A stretch of DNA of 64,000 nucleotides from a virus (Duplodnaviria; Heunggongvirae; Uroviricota; Caudoviricetes). Of this stretch, positions 23,153-30,932 are shown one piece after another. A model generated the notes under the pieces. The model made no database searches and was not told where the DNA came from. It worked only from the letters and a program-made list of their open reading frames with translations. Within the stretch, counting starts at the first letter, position 1. Each line of letters starts with the position of its first letter. The stretch is from the IMG/VR virus record IMGVR_UViG_3300027770_000034. One strand, given 5' to 3'. A program made the translations under genes and the position numbers.

Positions 23153-23553
23153 TGAAAAAAATACATGTAGAGGGAGACCCTAAATTAAAAAACACTGGAG
23201 GTAAACAACACTCAATGGTTGTTGGACGATTTCAACCTTTTCACGACGGACATAAATGGTTGGTAAATCAATGTCTTGAAGACGGAAAGAATGTTCTCAT
23301 CCTTATTAGAGACATTGTACCTGACGAGAAAAATCCATTCACCGCATTAGAAGTTTCAAAAAATATTAATATGGAACTTTGGGATTATATTAATCAAGGT
23401 AGAGTTGTGGTGATGATTATTCCTGATATTGAATCAGTAAACTTTGGAAGAGGAGTTGGTTATGATATTATAGAACACATACCACCACAAGAAGTTAGTG
23501 AAATATCTGCAACAAAAATTAGGGAACAATTAAAACAAGAAGGTAAATTATAA
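23152..23553 (+). CDS. NMNAT-type (archaeal NadM-like) cytidylyltransferase-fold nucleotidyltransferase
   Basis: VVGRFQPFHDGHKWL (H-x-G-H motif), ENPFTALE and ISATKIREQL parallel archaeal NMN adenylyltransferase (GRFQPFHKGH ... NPFTAGER ... SGTEIRRRM). Translationally coupled to the APS-kinase-like gene by an ATAATG overlap. Confidence 0.65.
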   Translation: MKKIHVEGDPKLKNTGGKQHSMVVGRFQPFHDGHKWLVNQCLEDGKNVLILIRDIVPDEKNPFTALEVSKNINMELWDYINQGRVVVMIIPDIESVNFGRGVGYDIIEHIPPQEVSEISATKIREQLKQEGKL

Positions 23554-24401
23554 TGTTAGAAACAAATAAAATAATTAATGGGGATTGTATCAAAGTGATG
23601 GCAAGTCTTCCTGAGTCTTGTGTTGATTTGATAGTAACATCACCTCCATACAACGTGGGGATTGATTACGATAGTTATAACGATAAACAATCTATGGAAG
23701 ATTATTGGCAGTTTACTAAAGACTGGTTATCAGAGTCTTATAGGATTCTTAAAGACGACGGAAGAATTGCTGTAAACATTCCATACGAAGTTAACGTACA
23801 GGATAGGGGCGGGAGAATACTATTCATGTCTGAGTTTTATCAGATTATGAAGAATCTTGGATTTAAATTCTTTGGACTAGTAGACCTCAACGAACAGTCA
23901 CCACACAGAAGTAAAACCACTGCTTGGGGTTCATGGATGTCTCCGTCAGCACCTTATATCTACAACCCTAAAGAGTGTGTTATTCTTGGATACAAAAAGA
24001 ATCACATAAAGAAAGTTAAGGGTGAACCACAGTGGAAAGGGGAGTTGGTTGATTTAGAACAAGAAGATGGTACCATCAAACAGAAGATGATGTATCAAGA
24101 AGAAGATAAGAAAGAGTTTATGAGTTTGGTTTATGGTCAGTGGGAATACTTTGCAGATACTAAACAACAAACTAAAGCCACCTTTTCAATGGACATTCCA
24201 ATGAAGGCAATTAAGATTCTTACATACAGGAATGATTTAGTTCTTGACCCATTCACGGGTAGTGGTACTAGTTTAGTTGCTGCTGAAGTTAGTGGAAGAC
24301 GATGGTTAGGAATAGAATTAAGTGAAAGTTATAGTAAAGTGGCCAAAGATAGAGTCCAACATTTTATAAATAAAAATAGACAAATGGAATTAGGTATATA
24401 A
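23553..24401 (+). CDS. DNA methyltransferase, beta class (N4-cytosine or N6-adenine; SPPY motif)
   Basis: Motif IV VTSPPYNVG lies near the N-terminus and motif I LDPFTGSGTS near the C-terminus. This is the beta-class order, as in M.PvuII and M.RsrI. Confidence 0.8.
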   Translation: MLETNKIINGDCIKVMASLPESCVDLIVTSPPYNVGIDYDSYNDKQSMEDYWQFTKDWLSESYRILKDDGRIAVNIPYEVNVQDRGGRILFMSEFYQIMKNLGFKFFGLVDLNEQSPHRSKTTAWGSWMSPSAPYIYNPKECVILGYKKNHIKKVKGEPQWKGELVDLEQEDGTIKQKMMYQEEDKKEFMSLVYGQWEYFADTKQQTKATFSMDIPMKAIKILTYRNDLVLDPFTGSGTSLVAAEVSGRRWLGIELSESYSKVAKDRVQHFINKNRQMELGI

Positions 24402-24406
24402 TTAAA

Positions 24407-24428
24407 GGGTCATACGACCCTTTTTTTA
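24407..24428 (+). terminator. Rho-independent terminator
   Basis: GGGTCATACGACCC plus T7. Confidence 0.7.
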
Positions 24429-24459
24429 TTTATATGGATATTTATTAAGAAAAATACAG

Positions 24460-25590
24460 ATGGCTGAAATTATTATAAACGAAAGACAATTGGAGATACT
24501 CCAAAATTTAATCACAAAAGAAGAAAATCTAAAATTAGCCGAACAAAATTGGGCAAGATTCAACGATAAAGAAAAAGAAATGGTTGTTGAGATGATGAAA
24601 GTCTTGCACCCAAAAAAAGCCATGTTAATCAAAGAAGATAAATGGTATAATACTTTAGGTGATGTTGTGGGTATTTTTGACCCTACAGGTGTGGTAGATG
24701 CAATAAATGGTATTTCATATATAGGTCAAGGTGATTATTTATTTGGATTTTTATCATTTGTTTCAGCAATACCATATGCTGGTGATTTAATTGCAAAACC
24801 TGTGATGGGAGCATTAAAGATTGGTGCACCAAGTGCAAAGGCTTTAAATGGGGTTATGAAATTATCAAAGGCTGGTAAGTCAGCAGAAGCTGCGGCTGAA
24901 CTAGCTAAAATTTCTAAATCAGGAGGTATCGTAGGAAGTTTTGTTAGTGGTGTTGGAAAATATGCGGGAAAACTTAAAGATTTAGTTTTAAGAATCCCAA
25001 TGCCAGGTGGAATGAAAAGAACACTTACACAATGGATAGAGTTATTTGAAAAAGGTGCGGTTAAAGGAAAAACGGTTAGATACGGAGCAGGTGTTTTTGC
25101 AAAAAATATACCAAAGTTAAGTAAAGATGCCCAAATTGCAGGACTTCAAAAATTAATTAAGGCATCAAAAGAAAGTGGTTTATTTACATCTTATAGGACA
25201 ACCAAAGGTTTATTGTCGTGGAAAAGTGTTTTCAGAGGAATGCCTCAATTAATAGGAAGAAATGCTTCAGTTAGGTCTTTAATGAGACAAACTAAACTTT
25301 GGGCAGGATTTTTAGATTTTGTTGGATTAGGTAATTTTGTTGGTCCTGATGAGGCGTTGAAAGAAATGGGTCAAGAGCAATTAGAATCAAAATTCGCGGA
25401 ATATCAAAAAACACCCGAAGCTCAGCAATATGCACAAGAAACTTTTGGAGACGCGGAAGTTCCTGATACTCAAACACAACAATCAACAGCAAGTTCTTCT
25501 AAACCAACTAATTCAAAAAACCCTATTGGAGACTTTTTTAGTAGTATTTTTGGTGGAGCATCTAAAGGCGAATTTTTAGCCGCATTATAA
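24460..25590 (+). CDS. hypothetical Gly/Ala/Lys-rich protein with conserved N-terminal motif
   Basis: 376 aa. N-terminus MAEIIINERQLEILQNLI carries the I-I-x-[STN]-E-x-[QD]-[LF] motif that recurs in this window. Confidence 0.5.
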   Translation: MAEIIINERQLEILQNLITKEENLKLAEQNWARFNDKEKEMVVEMMKVLHPKKAMLIKEDKWYNTLGDVVGIFDPTGVVDAINGISYIGQGDYLFGFLSFVSAIPYAGDLIAKPVMGALKIGAPSAKALNGVMKLSKAGKSAEAAAELAKISKSGGIVGSFVSGVGKYAGKLKDLVLRIPMPGGMKRTLTQWIELFEKGAVKGKTVRYGAGVFAKNIPKLSKDAQIAGLQKLIKASKESGLFTSYRTTKGLLSWKSVFRGMPQLIGRNASVRSLMRQTKLWAGFLDFVGLGNFVGPDEALKEMGQEQLESKFAEYQKTPEAQQYAQETFGDAEVPDTQTQQSTASSSKPTNSKNPIGDFFSSIFGGASKGEFLAAL

Positions 25591-25602
25591 AAAAAATTAA
25601 AA

Positions 25603-25974
25603 ATGAAAGAAGAATTAACACTCAAATTATTACAAATTCAATTACAGTTCAAATTTTTGCATTGGCAAACATTTGGAGACGCTAAACATAAGGCTTATGG
25701 TGACATATATGATTTATTAGGTGACATCATAGATAAATTTGTAGAGGCTATGATGGGGAAATATGGTAGAGTTGAATTTGAACCTGAATTTTCAATCATG
25801 TTTCAAGATATTAAGTCATTAAGTGTACAAAACTTTATGGATGGAATTACTGAATTTTTAGTAGGTATGTCTGACCATTTAGATTCAAGATATGATAGTG
25901 ATTTATTAAATCTAAGAGATGAAATGTTGGCCGATATCAATCAATTAAAGTACAGACTTACATTAAAATATTAA
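25603..25974 (+). CDS. Dps/ferritin-like four-helix-bundle protein (tentative)
   Basis: LKLLQIQLQFKFLHWQTFGDAKHKAYGDIYDLLGDIIDKF resembles the Dps N-terminal helix pair (L..LLA....L..K...FHW.V.G..F..LH..FEE.Y.E....D.IAERI). It is shorter than typical Dps. Confidence 0.45.
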   Translation: MKEELTLKLLQIQLQFKFLHWQTFGDAKHKAYGDIYDLLGDIIDKFVEAMMGKYGRVEFEPEFSIMFQDIKSLSVQNFMDGITEFLVGMSDHLDSRYDSDLLNLRDEMLADINQLKYRLTLKY

Positions 25975-25975
25975 T

Positions 25976-26353
25976 ATGGTAAAAAAAGTAATAAGACTTA
26001 CAGAGAATGATTTAACTAATCTTGTTAAGAGAGTTATTTCAGAACAAAATCTTGAAAGAGAATTTGTTAGAGCTATTCAACGATTTTTAATATCTAAAAA
26101 AATTACAGGTGATAATAGACAACCCTTAGTTGTTGATGGTAAAACAGATAATAATTTAACATCACAAACTGCACAGGCAATATCAAAATATCAAGCGGCT
26201 ATCGGATGTCGTCGTACTGAGGGAGTGTGGGGTGAAGAAACTTGGAGCAAAATGCCTCCTAAAGACAAACAAGAATTAGAGGACTTTGTTGCGGAAGAAG
26301 GAGGGCTTATTGACCAATTTATAAATTGGATAGGTAAAAAATTCAGAGGGTAA
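25976..26353 (+). CDS. peptidoglycan-binding-domain protein with conserved N-terminal motif
   Basis: N-terminus MVKKVIRLTENDLTNLVKRVISEQ is shared with 58546 and 59712. C-terminus VVDGKTDNNLTSQTAQAISKYQAAIG...GVWGEETW fits the PG_binding_1 pattern. Confidence 0.55.
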   Translation: MVKKVIRLTENDLTNLVKRVISEQNLEREFVRAIQRFLISKKITGDNRQPLVVDGKTDNNLTSQTAQAISKYQAAIGCRRTEGVWGEETWSKMPPKDKQELEDFVAEEGGLIDQFINWIGKKFRG

Positions 26354-27766
26354 TTGAAAAAATTAATTAAAGAGAGTGGTATAAGAGACATTTCGGCTTT
26401 AAGGAAGAGATACCCTAAAGCCGAAATTTATTTTCACCAAGATTTAGATGGTGTTACCACTGCGATTGCGATGAAGAAATACCTTGAAAACAATGGTATT
26501 GATGTTGTGGGTGCTCATATTATACAATATGGTGATAAAGAGTTTTCAGTTAAAAAGAATGACGCTAGTGGTGATGTAATGCCAGTACTTGTTGATTTTG
26601 CACACGGAAAACCAATGTTCAAGATTCACACAGACCATCATGACAAACAAGTTGGTGCTGAAAAAGGAACTTCAAAATCTTTCAGACAAGCTCGTTCAAA
26701 TGTTGAAACAATATCTCAAGTTGTTTCACCTAAAAAATTGTTCCCAAGTTCAGATGTTTTATTAATTAATACAGTTGATTCTGCAGACTTCGCAAGACAA
26801 AACATTACGCCAGACGAAGTGGTAAACTACATCTATAGAATAGATAAAGATAAATCACTTCAAAGAAATAAATTGTTATTAGGATTTGTTATTAACAAAT
26901 TAATATTAGCATTTAAAAACAAACCAGGATTTTTAGAAAGACTTGTTATGGATTCAGAACCTTCGCTAATGAATATTTTGAACAACATTAAAGAATGGAT
27001 GAAAGATACTAACGCACCTGAGCCAGAAGAATTACAAAGAAATGCAGAAGACTATAAAGAAAAAATGAAGGGATTTCCCGAAGTACAAGACAATATTATT
27101 TACCAATACGGTGGAGGTAGTATGTTCAAGCCTGGGTCATATGACAGGTATACCCCATTTAGAAATAATCCTGATGCAGACTTTCTCATTATGGTTTGGC
27201 CGATGGGGTTGGTACAGGCTTCATGTAATCCGTTTAAAAAGGATAGGGAACTTAAGGATGTTAACCTTGGCGAGATTGCCCAAGAGGTTATATCAAGGTG
27301 GGAAGGCCAACTTAAAGAAAAGAAAATACCGTTATCATCAATAAAGTGGATTAGTGAAACAAGTGTTAACCCTGAGAGTATTGGGTTTACGTTCCAAGAT
27401 TTTGATGCGATTTATGGCGGAAAATTTATTGGTGTACCTAACGGAGAAGAGGCATTGATGAGAATTAAAGAAATGATGGAAAAACCATTTAAAGATTTAA
27501 CGGATAGAGAAAAGAACATATTAGATAATGTATTGATAAATGCTTGGGATTTAATTCAGGCAAACTCAGGTGGACATAAGTGTATAACTAATATCAGCGG
27601 ATTAAATTATTTGGGTAGAGGTACAAGACCTCCTCAAGGGACGTATCGTTATGACTCAGAGAAAGAAGACCATCCTTATGTTAAATTTACAAAAATGATT
27701 GCTCAGGAGTTCAGAAAAAAACTCCAAGAAAAGATTGAGGAATCCAAACAGTCTGTTGAATCTTAA
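26354..27766 (+). CDS. DHH-family phosphoesterase
   Basis: Motif I FHQDLDGVTTAIAM (H-x-D-x-D-G) and motif III IHTDHHDKQ (DHH). 470 aa. Confidence 0.65.
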   Translation: MKKLIKESGIRDISALRKRYPKAEIYFHQDLDGVTTAIAMKKYLENNGIDVVGAHIIQYGDKEFSVKKNDASGDVMPVLVDFAHGKPMFKIHTDHHDKQVGAEKGTSKSFRQARSNVETISQVVSPKKLFPSSDVLLINTVDSADFARQNITPDEVVNYIYRIDKDKSLQRNKLLLGFVINKLILAFKNKPGFLERLVMDSEPSLMNILNNIKEWMKDTNAPEPEELQRNAEDYKEKMKGFPEVQDNIIYQYGGGSMFKPGSYDRYTPFRNNPDADFLIMVWPMGLVQASCNPFKKDRELKDVNLGEIAQEVISRWEGQLKEKKIPLSSIKWISETSVNPESIGFTFQDFDAIYGGKFIGVPNGEEALMRIKEMMEKPFKDLTDREKNILDNVLINAWDLIQANSGGHKCITNISGLNYLGRGTRPPQGTYRYDSEKEDHPYVKFTKMIAQEFRKKLQEKIEESKQSVES

Positions 27767-27784
27767 TTAATTATTTTTTATATT

Positions 27785-28330
27785 TTGTGTATGTCAAATA
27801 AAGTATACACAAAGAAAGGAGATGACGGAAGTACGAGTCTTTTGTCAGGAAGAAGAATCTCAAAAATGACTTCAGAAATTAAAGCTGTTGGGGTTTTAGA
27901 TGAATTAAATTCATTCATAGGTTTATTAAGGAGTGAATTGGTATATTCTGAAGCTTCATTTGAAATGATTCAATGGAATCTATTCAATGCAGGGTCCACA
28001 ATCATTAATGATAATAATGTTGAACTAACTGAGATAAATTCTGAGGATTCAAAAACTCTTGAAGATTGGATGGATAAGATGAATGAAGAACTTCCAGTAT
28101 TAAAAAACTTTATATTACCCAAAGGAAATAGAGTTGTGAGTTTGGCTCACATTTGTAGAACGGTGTGTAGACGAGCTGAAATTACGGTTCTTGAATGTAT
28201 TGTTCTTGACAACTTTGTCAAGTTAAATCCTATTACAATTTATTTAAACAGACTAAGTGATTTCTTTTTTGTTTTGGCAAGATACCTTTCACATAAAGAT
28301 AATATTGAAGAAACTATTTGGAAAAACTAA
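27785..28330 (+). CDS. PduO-type ATP:cob(I)alamin adenosyltransferase family protein
   Basis: KVYTKKGDDGSTSLLSGRRISK....KAVGVLDELNSFIG parallels PduO/MMAB (IYTKTGDKG.TSL..G.RV.K....EA.G..DELNS.IG). Confidence 0.75.
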   Translation: MCMSNKVYTKKGDDGSTSLLSGRRISKMTSEIKAVGVLDELNSFIGLLRSELVYSEASFEMIQWNLFNAGSTIINDNNVELTEINSEDSKTLEDWMDKMNEELPVLKNFILPKGNRVVSLAHICRTVCRRAEITVLECIVLDNFVKLNPITIYLNRLSDFFFVLARYLSHKDNIEETIWKN

Positions 28331-28674
28331 AAGATATATTCTACAGAATCACCAGGTTGTATATTCAAGTCTTCACAAGTGCCACCTTCTAATTCTAAAA
28401 CAATATTACCTCTTCCACAATATGACAGACAAGGGTCTTCATTACAAGGAGGACAATCAAAATGAATATTCACAATAACATTATTTTTTATTATGATGAT
28501 ATCAAGTGGTATGATACAATTCTTCATCCAAAAACATTGTTTCTTTCCACCCATTAAAAATAGCAGACCGTCAAACGTAGAGTCAAATCTCTTATACATC
28601 ATACCGATGGCTTGAGATTTTTTATCTACTAAAGTTTTGACATTAAAAATATTATCATTAATTTTAACTTTCAT
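28327..28674 (-). CDS. DUF192 family protein
   Basis: Start trimmed to MKVKINDN. MGGKKQCFWMKNCIIPLDIIII...NIVLELEGGTCEDLNIQPGDSV matches DUF192 (GLM.......GMLF.F......FWMKNT..PLDI.F......VLEL.AG.....GI..GD.V). Confidence 0.6.
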   Translation of the reverse strand: MKVKINDNIFNVKTLVDKKSQAIGMMYKRFDSTFDGLLFLMGGKKQCFWMKNCIIPLDIIIIKNNVIVNIHFDCPPCNEDPCLSYCGRGNIVLELEGGTCEDLNIQPGDSVEYIF

Positions 28675-28688
28675 ATATAATAAATACC

Positions 28689-29108
28689 ATGGATAAAAAA
28701 AGATACGTAGGAGTGGTGGTAAAACATCAAAACAAACTTCTTTTATGTAAAAGAAACAATTTGGGTTCATTCCCTGGAATGTGGTCAATACCTGGAGGTA
28801 AGTTAGAAGAGAATGAAACTACTCAAGAAGGAGCCAAAAGAGAATTCTTTGAAGAGACAGCATTAAACATTAATGACGTTGAATTAACATTTGTTGGTTT
28901 AATACCACGACATACCAGAGATGGTAAGAAGGTTAAAGGGTTCATGTATGTATATTTATTGAACGTAGAGTTTCCATTATATCCTGATTTATTAAATGCA
29001 ATAGATGGGGAAGAACATACAGAGTGTGGGTACTTTACATTAGAAGAAATTAAACCTGAAACATCAGGTGAGTATTTTTATAAACTTGCTGAAATAATTC
29101 TATCATGA
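28689..29108 (+). CDS. Nudix hydrolase
   Basis: Nudix box GGKLEENETTQEGAKREFFEETAL (G-x5-E-x7-REUxEExGU). Confidence 0.8.
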   Translation: MDKKRYVGVVVKHQNKLLLCKRNNLGSFPGMWSIPGGKLEENETTQEGAKREFFEETALNINDVELTFVGLIPRHTRDGKKVKGFMYVYLLNVEFPLYPDLLNAIDGEEHTECGYFTLEEIKPETSGEYFYKLAEIILS

Positions 29109-29221
29109 AAATATTATTCATTGTTTGGTTTGTAGTGTCAATTGTTGCCAATGTATGGGCATACATTCATATGACCAAAAAAGCGAAAGAAGAAATAAAA
29201 AAATTAAATAATTTAAAATGA
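29105..29221 (+). CDS. small hydrophobic peptide (38 aa)
   Basis: MKILFIVWFVVSIVANVWAYIHMTKKAKEEIKKLNNLK. ATGA overlap with the Nudix stop. Single TM helix. Below the ORF-track cutoff and read by eye. Confidence 0.3.
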   Translation: MKILFIVWFVVSIVANVWAYIHMTKKAKEEIKKLNNLK

Positions 29222-29355
29222 ATCTATTAATTGGTATAGGTATAGTAATGTTTATTTTTGCTGTGTACTGTTGTATTGACATGAACAGACAATTAAAAAA
29301 AATTGTTGAAAAACTTGATAATTAAAAAAAAAGTTATTACCTTTGTAAGACTTTG
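29218..29355 (+). CDS. small hydrophobic peptide (about 45 aa), uncertain
   Basis: MNLLIGIGIVMFIFAVYCCID... coupled by ATGA to the previous peptide. Its C-terminal codons run into promoter P1. Confidence 0.2.
29337..29344 (+). promoter_or_regulatory. -7 promoter element TACCTTTG (P1)
   Basis: TAnnTTTG consensus at the start of the ORF-free island. Confidence 0.4.
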
Positions 29356-29424
29356 ATGAAAATGGAGATATTTATATTTCCACACCTGAAAAGGTGAACA
29401 TCCCCAAAAAAAAGTTTCATAAAA

Positions 29425-29456
29425 ATTTGACGGTGTCAAAACTGTTGATTACCTTT
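29425..29456 (+). promoter_or_regulatory. strong promoter P2 (TTTGAC, 18-nt spacer, TACCTTTG)
   Basis: gatttgac/aatttgac upstream element plus -7 TAnnTTTG. Near-identical in architecture to P3 and P4. Confidence 0.6.
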
Positions 29457-29461
29457 GTGAG

Positions 29462-29519
29462 ACAACCTTATCCCACAAGTGAAAAGATTGAGAGATTTCA
29501 GTAACTTGTGGGGTTTTTT
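29462..29519 (+). ncRNA. candidate small RNA (about 55-60 nt) ending in an intrinsic terminator
   Basis: Transcript predicted from P2: GAGACAACCTTATCCCACAAGTG...CTTGTGGGGTTTTTT. CCACAAGT...ACTTGTGG hairpin plus T6. No ORF. Confidence 0.4.
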
Positions 29520-29629
29520 ATCGGATGTTGTTTAGCTCTTTAAAAATTTGATTACACCCGCTGGTACAACCAGCGCATGACGTGGATAGGTGACCGTGGG
29601 GAAGTGGGATTGTAATCATTAAGATATAT

Positions 29630-29702
29630 CGTGAGGTAGAGCAGTGGTAGCTCGGAAGGCTCATAACCTTTAGGTCGCGAGTTCGAATCTCGCCCTCGCA
29701 AC
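29630..29702 (+). tRNA. tRNA-Met (CAU anticodon), initiator-like C1:A72 mismatch
   Basis: Cloverleaf read by hand. Acceptor CGTGAGG/CCTCGCA has a C1-A72 mismatch. D arm GAGC-AGTGGTA-GCTC. Anticodon stem GAAGG/CCTTT with loop CTCATAA. T arm GCGAG-TTCGAAT-CTCGC. No encoded CCA. Confidence 0.85.
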
Positions 29703-29710
29703 AAAAAAGA

Positions 29711-29742
29711 TTTGACGAATTGAAAAGTTCTTCTTATCTTTG
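29711..29742 (+). promoter_or_regulatory. strong promoter P3 (TTTGAC, 18-nt spacer, TATCTTTG)
   Basis: Lies immediately downstream of the tRNA. Same architecture as P2 and P4. Confidence 0.55.
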
Positions 29743-29865
29743 AAAAACAAACGACGAGAGTTGTTTGTTCTTTGAAATGATAACCGAATAAACCTGTCCT
29801 ATTACGAGTAGGGGGTCTTAAGAATTATTCGTTGTATTATCGGCTCAAAAAAACTTACAAAAAGA

Positions 29866-29897
29866 TTTGACAGTTTCAAAACTTTCATTTACCTTTG
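29866..29897 (+). promoter_or_regulatory. strong promoter P4 (TTTGAC, 18-nt spacer, TACCTTTG)
   Basis: gatttgacagtttcaaaactttcatttacctttg. Drives transcription into the ORF-free GC-elevated region. Confidence 0.55.
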
Positions 29898-29904
29898 TAA
29901 GACA

Positions 29905-30916
29905 AGTGAAGAGAAGGGGTAGTAAAGGTTCCAAGTTTACTTGGTCGTAAAGTTTCCCCTTTTCTTCATTCTTTAAAAAGTTCTTTGAATAAAAATATTG
30001 TCTGTTCAGAATGTTTGATGATGAGACCTTCGGGTTGATTTTGAGTAACAAACTGATAAGATATATTGGGCGGTCTATAGTCCATAAAATAAACCATGAA
30101 AGTGGTATAAAGTGATTTGTTCTTGATTGGAACGGTTGCGGCTTCGGAAACGGAGCTCGAGTAGACAAACGAGATATCATCTGACCTTTAGTATTGAGGG
30201 TAACACTGTAGGGAAAGTGGTTAGATGACTAAGCGATGTGGGTCGTTTAGTTGAGGTGGGAACACCGATAAGAATAACTCGTAGGGCTGTTGTAAGAAGT
30301 ATGGTCGTCCAACTATACAATTGCGGAGTTCAATATTAGAGTAGATTTAAAACCGAAAGGTAAGAGTTCGTACAGGTGGTGCTGTTGTTCTCCTTATCAG
30401 AGACCTACCAAGGTTTCAGTTATGAAATAGACTCAAAGTATGGAGGTCGGGAGACTTCAAGGTGTAGTTCAGCATTGTCTCGTTCAAAAGATGGGGCATC
30501 TGGTTTGACGAACCGCTACATCTATCATCCACAAATCAAACTTTTACTTTCAAATGGTGAAAACTAAAATAAATAAAAGGAAAAGTGTTCGTCAGTCGTG
30601 GTAGACAGGTCACTACTTAGTCATGAGTTGTTCATGGCCGTAAAGGGTCCCAAACCCGATACGATTGTTTTGAAAGTTCTCTAATCCCGCAAGGATGAGT
30701 TTGGGTGGCAACCTAGAAGAGTGATGAGTAAGAATAGAGTATATTACGACTTTAGGATTGGTTAATCTAATTGACCGTGACTGAGAGGTACTTCTCAAAA
30801 GGAAGTGGAAATCGGAGGAAACAATAATCTCCTGTAAAGTCTCTCACAAGATGGTGTATTCTCAACCTATTTTGCCTTAACCCTGTCCGTTTCTACGGAT
30901 GGGGTTTTTTGTTTTT
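29905..30916 (+). ncRNA. candidate large structured non-coding RNA (about 1 kb)
   Basis: About 1 kb with no plus-strand ORF above 63 aa in an otherwise roughly 90 percent coding genome. GC visibly above the surrounding sequence. Many local hairpins with tetraloops: GACCTTCGGGTTG, CGGCTTCGGAAACGG, ACCGAAAGGT and TCCCGCAAGGA. A long stem GAAGAGAAGGGG...CCCCTTTTCTTC sits at the 5' end. Ends in a strong intrinsic terminator. Confidence 0.45.
30881..30916 (+). terminator. Rho-independent terminator
   Basis: CCCTGTCCGT TTCT ACGGATGGGG hairpin plus TTTTTTGTTTTTT. Confidence 0.65.
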
Positions 30917-30932
30917 TGATATATTTATTATT

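Noticed and set aside
23152-23553. Calling 23152..23553 outright as NMN adenylyltransferase (NadM).
   Set aside because: The fit to archaeal NMNAT is good, but the same HxGH fold covers PPAT, CCT, FAD synthetase and sulfate adenylyltransferase. Its coupling to an APS-kinase-like gene leaves the substrate ambiguous, so it is kept as NMNAT-type nucleotidyltransferase.
29845-30798. ORFs 29845..30180(-), 30376..30567(+) and 30613..30798(-) inside the RNA island.
   Set aside because: They are short, have no promoter or start context, and their translations look random. The minus-strand one overlaps promoter P4. The region is better explained as non-coding.
29900-30916. Identification of the large ncRNA candidate as RNase P RNA, tmRNA or a group I/II intron.
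   Set aside because: I could not recognise the universal RNase P P4 motifs, a tmRNA tag ORF with tRNA-like ends, or group II domain V by eye. The tRNA is uninterrupted. Identity stays open pending covariance-model searches.
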